DNA of 64,000 bases. It comes from an uncultured Gammaproteobacteria bacterium (GTDB lineage Bacteria > Pseudomonadota > Gammaproteobacteria > Steroidobacterales > Steroidobacteraceae). Both the position numbers and the translations under genes were made by a program. This document shows, piece by piece, positions 1-9,616 of the stretch (positions within the stretch are counted from its first letter, which is position 1; each line of letters opens with the position of its first letter). Location: NCBI GenBank assembly GCA_963793005.1, contig CAWBYP010000006.1, positions 26,785 to 90,784 on the forward strand, written 5' to 3'. The notes under the pieces are model-generated. The model made no database searches. It was given only the letters and a program-made list of their open reading frames with translations, and was not told the DNA's origin.

Positions 1-278
1 GGATTCCGCGCCGCGTTTTCGACCACGGCGGGCCGTCGAGTGCGGTGCCAGGCCCGACCCACCGGGCGGGACCTGCTTGACGATAACAACTTGTTCTGAA
101 TCAACAGGTTGACTTCGCAATTCTTCGCAGCGGCCCACCCCGAGGCACCAGAGTCCGGCACTATCCTCTGGCACCGTCCTTCTCACGCCGTCATGTATCC
201 GTTAGCCTTGCGCGTTCTACATGGCGCGAACGCCTACCCTGCCCGCGCCACAGGCAATTGGACGCATAGGGTTCGACA

Positions 279-2075
279 GTGGCGCAATCTGCAGACGTTT
301 TCCTCAGCTACTCGCGCGAAGACAAGACCCGGGTGCTCGATCTCGCGGGCAAGCTGCGGGCCGCCGGCGTAAATCTCTGGATCGACCAGGGCGGGATCGA
401 CGGAGCCGCGCTCTGGGGCGAGTCCATCGTCCGTGCGCTTGAAGGCGCGAAGGTGCTGCTGCTGATGGTGACACCATCGGCGGTCAACTCACACAACGTC
501 GCCAAGGAAGTGATGCTGACAAGCGAGCGCAAGGGCAACATCCTTCCCGTTCATCTCGAACCGACGACGATTCCCCTCGGCCTCAAGTACCCGCTCGCCG
601 GTATCCAGCACATCGAGTTCTACCACGGCGACCCGGACGACAACCTGCAGGCGGTACTTCGCTCGCTCGACTCGCTGGGCGTGAAGATCACGCCGCCAAC
701 TGCGGTCGTCGCACCCGGCGTCGACGCGCAGCCCGGCGCAGCATTCGCCGGACACGCGACGCATCCAGCCGAATCCCTGCCGGAAGGCGGGGCGTTGGCC
801 GTCCTGCCGTTCGACAACATCAGCCCGGATCCGGAGACCGACTATTTCAGCGATGGCCTCACCGAGGAACTGATCGCGAGGCTGTCGCTGGTGAGCGAGA
901 TCAACCTGATCTCGCGCTGGGCATCGATGCAGCACAAGGGACGCGGACAGGATATCCACGCGATCGGCAACGCGCTCGGCGCGCGCTACATCGTCGGCGG
1001 CGGCGTGCGCCGGTTCCAGGACTCGGTGCGGATCACCGTGCAGCTGGTAGACATCGCAACCAACCTGCAGCTCTGGGGAAACACCTACAAGGGCAAGCTC
1101 GACGACATCTTCGACATCCAGGAACAGGTCGCCCAGCAGATCGTCGAGGCGCTGAAGCTGAAGCTCAGCTTCACTGAAAAGCTCTCGCTCACCAAGCGCC
1201 AGACGCTGAACGCCGAGGCCTACGACCTCTACCTGCGGGGCCAGGACCAGCTCTACCGTCTGACCAAGCGCAGCGTCGAGTACGCGATCCAGCTGTTCGA
1301 GAAGGCCATCGAGCTCGATTCGCGCTATGCCTCCGCCTATGCGGGATGTTCGAGCGCCTACGGCCAGATGTACCAGTTGATCGCCCGCGAGGAGCGCTAC
1401 CGGGAACTGGCGCAGGAACTCAGCTTCAAGGCGCTGATGTACGACAACAATCTCTCCGAAGCCTACCGGGCGATGGGCTTGTCGTATTTCCTGTGGGGAA
1501 AGATGGATGAGGCCACGGCCTCGTGCACCAAGGCAGTTGAAATCGATCCCGACGACTTCATCGCCCACTGGACGCTGGGACGGATCTATTTCACGGAAGG
1601 CAGACTCGAGCAGGCACTGAAGCTTTTCCGCAGGGTGGCCGAGATCAAGCCGAGCTTCTACGCGGGGCATCTCGACGTCGCGCAGACGTGCACGGGTCTC
1701 GGGCTGGACGAGGAAGCCGCGGTGGTCAATCGCCGCCTGCTCGAAATCATGCCGAACTACCTGCTGCAGAATCCCGACGATGCACGGGCGCGGCTGATCT
1801 ACGCAAGCAAGCTCGGCCTGGCAGGTCGCAAGGACGAGGCGATCAGCGAAGGCACCAAGGCGCTGGTGTTGAGTCCCGGGGACCCCGTGATGCTCTACAA
1901 CGCCGCCTGCATGTACGTGAGCCTCGGCGAGTCCGAGCGCGCCCTCGACGCACTGCGCCAGGCGGTCGAGTCGGGATATACGAACTTCGGCTGGATGCAG
2001 AACGATCCGGACCTGGTTCCACTACGCGAACACCCGGAATTTGTCGATTTGATGCGCCTGATGAAGCCGGAGTAG
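279..2075 (+). CDS. TIR domain - TolB_N-like (COG5616-type) - TPR repeat protein
   Basis: 598-aa ORF with GTG start. The N-terminus 'DVFLSYSREDKTRVLDLAGKLRAAGVNLWID...LLLMVTPSAVNSHNVAKEV' looks like a TIR_2-type domain. The middle 'LAVLPFDNISPDPETDYFSDGLTEELIARLS...RITVQLVD...LWG' is the module seen in cyclase/regulator-TPR proteins. The C-terminal half contains several TPR-like repeats. Confidence 0.85.
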   Translation: MAQSADVFLSYSREDKTRVLDLAGKLRAAGVNLWIDQGGIDGAALWGESIVRALEGAKVLLLMVTPSAVNSHNVAKEVMLTSERKGNILPVHLEPTTIPLGLKYPLAGIQHIEFYHGDPDDNLQAVLRSLDSLGVKITPPTAVVAPGVDAQPGAAFAGHATHPAESLPEGGALAVLPFDNISPDPETDYFSDGLTEELIARLSLVSEINLISRWASMQHKGRGQDIHAIGNALGARYIVGGGVRRFQDSVRITVQLVDIATNLQLWGNTYKGKLDDIFDIQEQVAQQIVEALKLKLSFTEKLSLTKRQTLNAEAYDLYLRGQDQLYRLTKRSVEYAIQLFEKAIELDSRYASAYAGCSSAYGQMYQLIAREERYRELAQELSFKALMYDNNLSEAYRAMGLSYFLWGKMDEATASCTKAVEIDPDDFIAHWTLGRIYFTEGRLEQALKLFRRVAEIKPSFYAGHLDVAQTCTGLGLDEEAAVVNRRLLEIMPNYLLQNPDDARARLIYASKLGLAGRKDEAISEGTKALVLSPGDPVMLYNAACMYVSLGESERALDALRQAVESGYTNFGWMQNDPDLVPLREHPEFVDLMRLMKPE

Positions 2076-2090
2076 CGACGCAGGCGCAAC

Positions 2091-3809
2091 CTAGTGCGGA
2101 TTGCGCGTTCCGTTCGCGGCGGCCACGCGCCGCTGCGGCCGCCTCCACACCCAGCCCGCCGGGCCGTCGTGTCCGGTCAACACATAGTCGCGGATGTTCG
2201 GGTTGAACAGCATCGGCCGCTGTCGCTCGCGCGCGGCACTGCGGCCGGCGAACAGCAGCCGGTCTCCCGGATTGAGCTGCAGCGAGTCGTTCGGCAGCGC
2301 AATCTTCTCCGAGCTGCGCTCCAGGTAGAGAGGCACGCAGGCCAGCTGCGCATCGCGTTCCGCCGGATCGCGGACCAGGTCGCCAAGTGTGGCGTGTCCG
2401 CCGTCCATCAGCAGTCGATAGAACGTCGGCGCCTCGCTGATGTTCAGCGTCACGCTCCACATGGCGGGTGCGCGCTGACCGATCCGTTGCTCGAGCCGCT
2501 CGATGAGCGCGCTCGCCCATTCGGCACTCTCAGCCGATGCGATCACCAGGAACGACCACAGCAGCGGCGCGCGGATCACGGCAAGGCATTCGCTCGCGAT
2601 CAGCTCGCTCGATACCATGGTCATGTCGGCGTCGAATGCGTCGAACAGCGCCCGGGTGGCCTGCAGGTTCTGGCGGACGATCGTGAAAAGCCGGGGATTC
2701 AGTTCTCGCGCGGTCACCACGATCGACAGGTTGTTCACGTCATCGTCGGTGCCCGCCACGATGCCGGACGCCTCGCGAATCCCTGCCTCGACCAGTGGCC
2801 CGGCCTCGGTACCGGTGCCGCGGACCGTGGGAAGGTCGGTCCCGGACGGCGCATTCGGGTCGATGACGGTCACCTCCAGCCCGTGGGCGTGGAATGCCCG
2901 GACAACCTCGCGTCCAAACCGCCCGTAACCGCAAACCACCCACCTGCCCCGCGGCGGCGCAGCCGCGGGTTCCAGTACCGTTCCCGGCAGTCCGGTCAGC
3001 CACGCGACGAGCCTGTAGTTGACCGGCGCCGCAACGGCGAGCGCAAGCTGTTGCCCGAACCGGGCGAACGGATTGATGATCCGGTGCGTGCCGAACGATT
3101 CCATGTTGGCTGCTGTTTCCCGGCTCATGGCGCGGGCCAGCACCGGTACATTGGGTTCGAGCAGGCGCACCGTCATCGCGACCGCGAGGTTGGCCTGGTC
3201 GTCGTTGGTGAGCGCAAGCACGCCCCTGCACTGGTCCTTGCGCAGTCCCGCGGCAATCAGGTTGTCGGGCAGCCGGGCGTCTGCCGCCAGCGCGAGCGGC
3301 ACTTGCCGGAAGTCCATCAGGTCCATTTCCTGGACCCGGGTCTCGTCGACTTCCACGACGACGAAGCGCCGGCCACGCAGGTCCAGCGCCTGCGCGACCA
3401 GCCGGCCCGTCTCGCCGATCCCGCAGATGATGAAAAACGGCTCGACGATCGAACGCACTCTGCGATTGAAGCGCGCATCGACGTAGGCCTTGCGCACTGC
3501 CTTGTCGCGCCCGAGCGCGAGCAGGCTGGCGACCAGGTAGGCCCAGCCGAGCACGGAGGCAAAGATGATCACCACCACCCAGAGGCGCTGGCCGTCGGTG
3601 AAGCCTTGCGGAATCTCGCCGAAGCCGATCGTGCTCGCGGTGTAGGTCATGAAGTAGAAGGCCTGGAACAGCGACATGTGCCAGGGCTGGCCGTCCTGGT
3701 CCACGCCGGGGATCAGCACCAGGCCCACCATGCCGACCGCGAACACCACGATCAGCACGATGATCGGCGCCCGCAGGCGCCGCAACGTGAGCAGCAGCGT
3801 GCTGTTCAC
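2091..3809 (-). CDS. 2-TM potassium-channel-like protein with tandem RCK/TrkA-N domains
   Basis: 572-aa ORF. Two hydrophobic helices flank the pore loop 'TYTASTIGFGEIP'. Two Rossmann-type RCK modules follow ('ICGIGETGR', 'VCGYGRFGR'). Confidence 0.85.
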   Translation of the reverse strand: MNSTLLLTLRRLRAPIIVLIVVFAVGMVGLVLIPGVDQDGQPWHMSLFQAFYFMTYTASTIGFGEIPQGFTDGQRLWVVVIIFASVLGWAYLVASLLALGRDKAVRKAYVDARFNRRVRSIVEPFFIICGIGETGRLVAQALDLRGRRFVVVEVDETRVQEMDLMDFRQVPLALAADARLPDNLIAAGLRKDQCRGVLALTNDDQANLAVAMTVRLLEPNVPVLARAMSRETAANMESFGTHRIINPFARFGQQLALAVAAPVNYRLVAWLTGLPGTVLEPAAAPPRGRWVVCGYGRFGREVVRAFHAHGLEVTVIDPNAPSGTDLPTVRGTGTEAGPLVEAGIREASGIVAGTDDDVNNLSIVVTARELNPRLFTIVRQNLQATRALFDAFDADMTMVSSELIASECLAVIRAPLLWSFLVIASAESAEWASALIERLEQRIGQRAPAMWSVTLNISEAPTFYRLLMDGGHATLGDLVRDPAERDAQLACVPLYLERSSEKIALPNDSLQLNPGDRLLFAGRSAARERQRPMLFNPNIRDYVLTGHDGPAGWVWRRPQRRVAAANGTRNPH

Positions 3810-3815
3810 GTCAAA

Positions 3816-4190
3816 TCATCTCCGCATCATGGTCGTCTCGACGATGAGGATGACCACCGACACCACGTTGGCCAGCAGCGCGCCGGCCGACAGCGACACG
3901 ACGCTGACGATCGTGTCCTCCGAAAGCGGTCCCGGCGGCGCAAAGAACCACACCAGCGCCGCCGCGCCGAGTTGCAGCACGGCCACCAGGCTGGTCGCGA
4001 GGTGCACCGCGCCGATCTGTGTGCGGTCGCCGAACTTGAGCGCCGTCGCAATCACGTTCACGACGAACGCGGCGAAGAATTCCCACAGGTGGTGCTGGCC
4101 GGGATCGGTTGGGTCTCCGTAGACAAAACCGAAATTCATGGTCGCGGCCAGTACGATGACGAAGCCGAAGATGACTTTTTCGAGGTTCAT
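3816..4190 (-). CDS. small integral membrane protein (about 4 TM), function unknown
   Basis: 124-aa ORF on the same strand as the channel gene, ending 7 nt upstream of it. Hydrophobic segments include 'VIFGFVIVLAATMNFGFVY', 'FFAAFVVNVIATAL', 'LATSLVAVLQLGAAALVWFF' and 'VVSLSAGALLANVVSVVILIV'. Confidence 0.6.
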   Translation of the reverse strand: MNLEKVIFGFVIVLAATMNFGFVYGDPTDPGQHHLWEFFAAFVVNVIATALKFGDRTQIGAVHLATSLVAVLQLGAAALVWFFAPPGPLSEDTIVSVVSLSAGALLANVVSVVILIVETTMMRR

Positions 4191-4292
4191 GCAGGGACCC
4201 GGTCGTAGCGTCGGTAGCTGCGTTATGCCACACGAGGGTCCGTCAGGCCACCCCCCGGGAATGCCCGGTGGACGATCAAACGACGGCGTCGA

Positions 4293-5183
4293 TCAACCGC
4301 TGGGCAGTAACGAGGACGACGCGCTGGCCGCGGCCCGGTGAGTCGACTCCACCCAGCGCCTTGCCCGCTGGGCGTCGGCGATCCGGGTGAGCTTGCCCCA
4401 TGAGTTCAGCAGCACGATCACGACCTGGCGGCCGTCGATTACAGTCTGCATCACCAGGCAGCGACCGGCCTCTGATATGTAACCGGTCTTCTGCACGCTC
4501 ACCTGCCAGCCGGGGTTGGCGACCAACCGGTTGGTATTGCGGAACTCGAGTCGCTGGCGGTTGACCTGGACGGTGTGATCCGTATCGGTCGAGTAGTCGC
4601 GGATGGTCGGATTCCCGCCCGCCGCAAGCACCAGCTTGGCGAGATCTTCCGGACTCGCCACGTTGGAACTCGAAAGGCCGGTCGGCTCGACGAAACGCGC
4701 GGTGCTCATGCCAAGCGCCTGCGCCTTGTGATTCATGGCCCGTACACAGGCGGCCGTGCCGCCCGGATACTCGCGGCACAGCGCGTGTGCGGCCCGGTTC
4801 TCCGATGACATCAGCGCGAGGTGCAGCAGGTCCCCGCGGCTCAAGCGCACGCCGGGTGCGAGGCGCGAGCCCGAGCCCGCCGTGCCGCGAACGTCGTCGG
4901 AGGTAATGCTCAGGATCTCGTCGTCCGACTGCCCGGCATCGAGCACGACCAGCGCGGTCATCAGCTTGGTGATCGAGGCGATCGGCACGGGAACGTGCTC
5001 GTGGCGCGCGGCGAGCACCGACGAATCCGCTTCGTCGAGAATGTAGAAAGCATTCGAGCGCAGGTCCGGTCGCGACGGCGGCTGAACGGCGCCCGGCGGG
5101 GCCGCGGCGGCATCGTGCGGGATAAAAATGGATAGCAGGCAGAGCGCCAGCGCAATCGACCCAATCATCCGGCACGAACGCAT
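4293..5183 (-). CDS. D-alanyl-D-alanine endopeptidase/carboxypeptidase (S11 low-MW PBP, PbpG-like)
   Basis: 296-aa ORF with a signal peptide. It carries the SxxK motif 'ASITK', the SxN motif 'SSEN' and the KTG motif 'QKTGYI'. Confidence 0.85.
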   Translation of the reverse strand: MRSCRMIGSIALALCLLSIFIPHDAAAAPPGAVQPPSRPDLRSNAFYILDEADSSVLAARHEHVPVPIASITKLMTALVVLDAGQSDDEILSITSDDVRGTAGSGSRLAPGVRLSRGDLLHLALMSSENRAAHALCREYPGGTAACVRAMNHKAQALGMSTARFVEPTGLSSSNVASPEDLAKLVLAAGGNPTIRDYSTDTDHTVQVNRQRLEFRNTNRLVANPGWQVSVQKTGYISEAGRCLVMQTVIDGRQVVIVLLNSWGKLTRIADAQRARRWVESTHRAAASASSSLLPSG

Positions 5184-5371
5184 CAGGTTCCTCGCATGCT
5201 GCCCGGGTTAACCAATCAGACCGCGCGTACTGTACGCGGACCCGCTCCCATCGAAAAGGTAATCGTTCCTTGCAGGGTCCGATGAGACACGCCTCTCAGA
5301 AGCGGATGGTCCTCTGCGGTACCCGCAATACTGGACCCCGTTCACAGTTGGACTCGCGCCGATCTGGCTAG

Positions 5372-8233
5372 ATGCGGCGGGACAGCCAGGGCCCTGCGGG
5401 TGGGAGACGCGCAAACAACAATATGTCGCCAGGACCGCAGCCAATCGACGGTACAGGCACGCATGAGGGGTTCGGCTCGGGCTGGACTGGTGCTCTTGCC
5501 GTTGCGCTGTTCGCCTACGTCGGAATCGCGATCCTGCTGAACCTGGTCGACGGCAGCACACTGCCGGCCCTCGAGGTATTCAACCTGTATTCAGACTCGC
5601 CTGCCAGCATCGGAGTGACGATCCTGGGGGCCGCCGCGGCGCGAGGATCGACCGACCGGGCTACGCGGCGAACCTGGTGGTTGCTGACGGCTGCGCTCGG
5701 CGTCTACAGCATCGGAAACCTGCTCAATTCGACCTATTGGCTGTTCGATATCGACCCGTTCCCGTCGCTCGGCGACGTCTTTTTCCTGTGCTTCTACCCG
5801 CTGGTCTTCGCGGCCGCACTGACGGTGGTCCGCGCCGCTGCCGTCCGTGTGCAGTGGTTCCGCCTCGGGCTCGACACCACGATCCTGCTGCTGGGGTTCG
5901 GTGCTTTCTTCTGGTTCCTGGTGATCGAGCCCACTGCGGCTGCGCAGCGCGACCCGGACATGCTCAAGTACGTGCTGGCGCAGACCTACATCACCCTCAA
6001 CTGCATGATGCTGCTGGCGTGCGGGGTGCTGCTGATGCACTCCGGGGCAACGCCGATACCCCGCCAGGCCCTGATGCTCCTGACCCTGGGTTTTTCGGCA
6101 ATGTCGATTGCCGACATCGTCTGGGCCATGTCGAAAGTCGACGGAAGCTACCTGCCGGGCGGCTTCTCTGACGCCATCTACCTGTCCTGTTATGTGTGGC
6201 TTGCAGCTGCCGCGCGCAACCAGCTGCGCGGTGTGCCGGCCGCGCGCCATGCGCGGAGCGCCCTGAGCGCGGCCATGGTGCAGGCGCTGCCGTACATCGC
6301 AATGATGGTTTCCTTCATCGTGCTGGTCTACGTAGAGAGCAGCACGATGTCCAGTCCCGTCAACACGATGACCGTCATCATTTTCGTGCTTACCGCCCTG
6401 GTGATGGCGCGCCAGGGAGTACTGATGCGCGATGAAGCGCTGCTGAGGGAACGCCGGGCGGTCGGAATCGTCGAGGCCCGCTACGCTTCCCTGATCAAGA
6501 ATGCCTCTGACGTCATCATGATCACCGACGCGGCCGGCAAACTGCAGTTCGCCTCGCCCGCCGCTGAACGCACCTTCGCGATCCACCCCGACGAACTGGT
6601 CGGCCGCAACCTCCTCGACCTGTGGGCCGAACCTGACCGCGAGCGACTGACGACATTTCTCGCGGAGGTGGTCGCGACACGCGGTCGCGTCGTCGGACCG
6701 GTAGAGTCAGTAGTCGAGAGCGGCGACCGCCGCAGCACACTCGAATGCGTCGGCAGCAACCTGATGGACGACACGGCCATCGGGGGACTGGCACTCAATT
6801 TCCGCGACGTGACAGAGCGAAAGACGCTCGAGGAACAGTTGCGGAAACTCGCGTTTCACGACCCGCTGACCCTGCTCGCCAACCGCAGCCTGTTCTGGAA
6901 CCGCGTCGAACACGCGCTGGAGCTGGCACAGCGCTCCCGGCAGCACGTGGCCGTGATGTTCCTGGACCTCGACAACTTCAAGAACGTGAACGACTCGCTC
7001 GGTCACGATGCGGGCGACCGACTGCTCCAGGCGGCGGCGCAACGACTGGTGAAGACTACCCGCCCGTCGGACACCGTTGCACGCCTGGGCGGCGACGAGT
7101 TCGCCATCCTGCTGGAAGGCATCCGCAGCGAGGACGACGTCGAACGCATAGCCGCGCCGATCACGGCCGCATTCAATCGTCCACTGCTGCTCGACGGCAG
7201 GGAAACCGATGCGTCTGCCAGCATCGGCGTCGCCTGCTCCCGGCCAGGCGACGACGCCGAACAACTGCTGCGCAATGCAGACATAGCCATGTACGGGGCA
7301 AAGGCTGCCGGCAAGGCGCGTTTCGTCATGTTCCAGCCGCACATGCAGGAACAGATTCATGATCGCATGCGACTGGAGCAGGACATCGACCTGGCGCTGG
7401 CGCGGAACGAGTTCTTCCTGGAATTCCAGCCGGTCATCGACCTGACCAGCCGCGAGCTGCTCGGCGTCGAAGCCCTGCTGCGGTGGCACCATCCCCGGCG
7501 GGGCGTCGTCATGCCCACGGACTTCATTTCGATCGCCGAGGAGTCGAGCCGCATCGTCGAGCTTGGTCGCCGTGTCCTGGTCGACGCGTGCACCCAGGTC
7601 CGTTCGTGGAGCGAGTCGGCGCCAGCCGGAAGTGGACTGCGGGTGGCGGTCAACATATCCGGCCGCCACCTGCAGCAGGGAAACCTGGTCGCAGACGTGC
7701 GCCATGCGCTCGAGGTCTCCGGCCTCGACCCGGGCTGCCTGGTGATCGAAATGACGGAAAGCACGATCATGCAGAACACCGAAGTCAACCTCGAGCGATT
7801 CCGCGATCTGAAGTCGCTGGGCGTCCGTCTCGCGATCGACGACTTCGGCATGGGTTACTCGTCCCTGTCGTACCTGCATCGATTCCCGATCGACATCCTG
7901 AAGATCGACCGCGCATTCGTCAGCCGCATGACCGAGCATGATGGCGGCCCGGAACTGGCCCGCGCAGTCGTGATGCTCGGCGCAACGCTCGGACTGGAGA
8001 CGGTGGCCGAAGGCATCGAGAACGAAGACCAGGTGGCGAGCCTGCTCGACCTCGGGTGCGTGGCGGGACAGGGATTCCTGTTTGCCCGCTCGAGTTCGCT
8101 CGACACCGTGGGCGGGACGCCTTTCATGTCGCGCCGGGCTCGCCTGCGGGCGGAGCGCGAGGCCTACGCCGAGCTCACCGCCACAGGCCGCTACCGTGCT
8201 GCCGAACTGTGGCCGCATTCGGCGGCAGGTTGA
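5372..8233 (+). CDS. membrane sensor PAS-GGDEF-EAL protein (c-di-GMP turnover)
   Basis: 953-aa ORF; an alternative ATG at 5423 is possible. The N-terminal region has multiple TM helices. A PAS-like segment follows, then GGDEF ('RLGGDEFAILL') and EAL ('EALLRW', 'DDFGMGYSSL') domains. Confidence 0.9.
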   Translation: MRRDSQGPAGGRRANNNMSPGPQPIDGTGTHEGFGSGWTGALAVALFAYVGIAILLNLVDGSTLPALEVFNLYSDSPASIGVTILGAAAARGSTDRATRRTWWLLTAALGVYSIGNLLNSTYWLFDIDPFPSLGDVFFLCFYPLVFAAALTVVRAAAVRVQWFRLGLDTTILLLGFGAFFWFLVIEPTAAAQRDPDMLKYVLAQTYITLNCMMLLACGVLLMHSGATPIPRQALMLLTLGFSAMSIADIVWAMSKVDGSYLPGGFSDAIYLSCYVWLAAAARNQLRGVPAARHARSALSAAMVQALPYIAMMVSFIVLVYVESSTMSSPVNTMTVIIFVLTALVMARQGVLMRDEALLRERRAVGIVEARYASLIKNASDVIMITDAAGKLQFASPAAERTFAIHPDELVGRNLLDLWAEPDRERLTTFLAEVVATRGRVVGPVESVVESGDRRSTLECVGSNLMDDTAIGGLALNFRDVTERKTLEEQLRKLAFHDPLTLLANRSLFWNRVEHALELAQRSRQHVAVMFLDLDNFKNVNDSLGHDAGDRLLQAAAQRLVKTTRPSDTVARLGGDEFAILLEGIRSEDDVERIAAPITAAFNRPLLLDGRETDASASIGVACSRPGDDAEQLLRNADIAMYGAKAAGKARFVMFQPHMQEQIHDRMRLEQDIDLALARNEFFLEFQPVIDLTSRELLGVEALLRWHHPRRGVVMPTDFISIAEESSRIVELGRRVLVDACTQVRSWSESAPAGSGLRVAVNISGRHLQQGNLVADVRHALEVSGLDPGCLVIEMTESTIMQNTEVNLERFRDLKSLGVRLAIDDFGMGYSSLSYLHRFPIDILKIDRAFVSRMTEHDGGPELARAVVMLGATLGLETVAEGIENEDQVASLLDLGCVAGQGFLFARSSSLDTVGGTPFMSRRARLRAEREAYAELTATGRYRAAELWPHSAAG

Positions 8234-8245
8234 AGCGCACTGCGA

Positions 8246-9616
8246 TCAGCCGAACGGAGCGACTGCGCCGGCGTCTTCTGCCGGACTCAAAGGCAGCGTG
8301 ACGACGAAGCGGGCCCCTCCCGTGTACGCGAGATCGAGTTCCAGTGTCCCGGCGTGCGCCCTTGCCACCAGCCGCGCCAGGTAGAGCCCGAGTCCGCTCC
8401 CACCCGTGTCACGCGTGCGCGACGGGTCGCCGCGATGGAACGGCTCCCCGATCCTGTCTACCTGGTCCGGTGGAATGCCCGGTCCGCGGTCGGAAACGCT
8501 GATCCACCATTTGTCACCCCGGCGGTCGAAGTCGATGACGATTGTGCCGTTGCCGGCCGGGCCGTAGCGCAGCGCGTTGCTTACCAGGTTCTTGAGCATC
8601 AGCGTCACTCGCGCCTCGTCGACCTGCACGCCGAGGCCGTCAGGGCCGTTGACCTGGATTCGATCACGCTCGCCTGAGAAATAGTCGTCAACCAGCTGGT
8701 CGACGAGTTGCCGCACCGATACCCGGGTGATGCGCAGGGCCGCGTGGCGCGTGTTCAACCGCTCGGCCTCGAGCAGCGTGACGATGATTTTCTCCATCTC
8801 CACGACATCGTCGCGCAGCCCGCTGTTCTCCGGCGAGTCGTCGGCAAGCTCCAGCGCGAGCTTCAGGCGCGACAGCGGCGAGCGCAGCTCGTGGCTGATT
8901 CCAAGCAGCAGCTGGCGCTTCGCGTCGAGCATTCGCTGCACGTCCTCGGCCATCCTGTTGATGTCGGCCGCAAGGTCGCCGAGCTGGTCATCCCGCACCG
9001 CGGTGATCCGGTGCTCGAAATGGCCCTGGCCGATCTGCGCGGCACCCCGGCGAATGGCGCCGATCGGCCGGAACAACCAACGCACCGCGAGATAGGTCAG
9101 CAACACCAGCACCAGTCCGAACCCGACGATGACCGGCGTCAGGTTCCTTTCCACCACCTCTTCGGAGATCCTCGGCGAAGCGACGACGACCACGTAGGGG
9201 CCCTGGTCGAACTTGAGGAAGCCGTGTCCGCGGTATTCGGCGAACTGGATGCCTTCGATGCCACGTAGCCACTGCGCGGTTGCGGGCTGGAAGACGTCGC
9301 TGTCACCGAACTTGAGCTTCGAAGGCGCCGGGAATCCCGGATCGGACGACCAGTCCATGTCGGGCCCCACGATGCGGATGTCTATCGGTACCTTGCGGGT
9401 GATCTCGATTGCGTTTGCGATCCGCGGCGGGTTGCCGATGTCCTTTCGAACGTAGTCCACGTGCAGCGACAAGTGGCCGCTGACCAGCTCGCGCAGCTGG
9501 TCGCTGTCATATACCCAGCGGATTCCGAGCAGCGAACCGTAGACGAACAGTGCACCCATCACCAGATAGATGGCCAGCAACCGGACCGACAGCGACCGTA
9601 ACAGCCTGCTAGGCAT
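8246..9616 (-). CDS. two-component sensor histidine kinase
   Basis: 456 aa. Two TM helices plus a HAMP domain, a HisKA H-box 'ISHELRSPLS' and an HATPase G-box 'GGSGLGLYLA'. It overlaps the upstream response regulator gene by 8 nt. Confidence 0.9.
   Translation of the reverse strand: MPSRLLRSLSVRLLAIYLVMGALFVYGSLLGIRWVYDSDQLRELVSGHLSLHVDYVRKDIGNPPRIANAIEITRKVPIDIRIVGPDMDWSSDPGFPAPSKLKFGDSDVFQPATAQWLRGIEGIQFAEYRGHGFLKFDQGPYVVVVASPRISEEVVERNLTPVIVGFGLVLVLLTYLAVRWLFRPIGAIRRGAAQIGQGHFEHRITAVRDDQLGDLAADINRMAEDVQRMLDAKRQLLLGISHELRSPLSRLKLALELADDSPENSGLRDDVVEMEKIIVTLLEAERLNTRHAALRITRVSVRQLVDQLVDDYFSGERDRIQVNGPDGLGVQVDEARVTLMLKNLVSNALRYGPAGNGTIVIDFDRRGDKWWISVSDRGPGIPPDQVDRIGEPFHRGDPSRTRDTGGSGLGLYLARLVARAHAGTLELDLAYTGGARFVVTLPLSPAEDAGAVAPFG

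Noticed and set aside
87-111. Imperfect palindrome CAACTTGTT-N7-AACAGGTTG upstream of the first TIR gene as an operator.
   Set aside because: The arms are short (8 of 9 positions complementary), there is no second copy upstream of the TIR paralogue, and no clear -35/-10 context. It is too weak to call.
2094-4208. 704-aa plus-strand ORF. Similar giant ORFs are 489-1670(-), 5591-6586(-), 6707-8218(-), 12871-14220(+), 14296-15369(+), 16098-17171(+), 21411-23438(+), 23530-24945(-), 27871-29106(-), 30315-33482(-), 33984-35285(-), 35017-36246(-), 36614-37777(+), 37648-38694(+), 45861-47141(-), 47401-48222(-), 48123-49535(+), 48460-50070(-), 50003-51655(-), 54853-55947(+), 54899-56056(-), 56782-58710(-), 59260-60234(+) and 61356-62345(-).
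   Set aside because: All are antisense or out of frame to ORFs with clear domain signatures. Their translations are Arg/Ala/Gly/Pro-rich with no motifs. This is typical of stop-codon-poor shadow frames in high-GC DNA.
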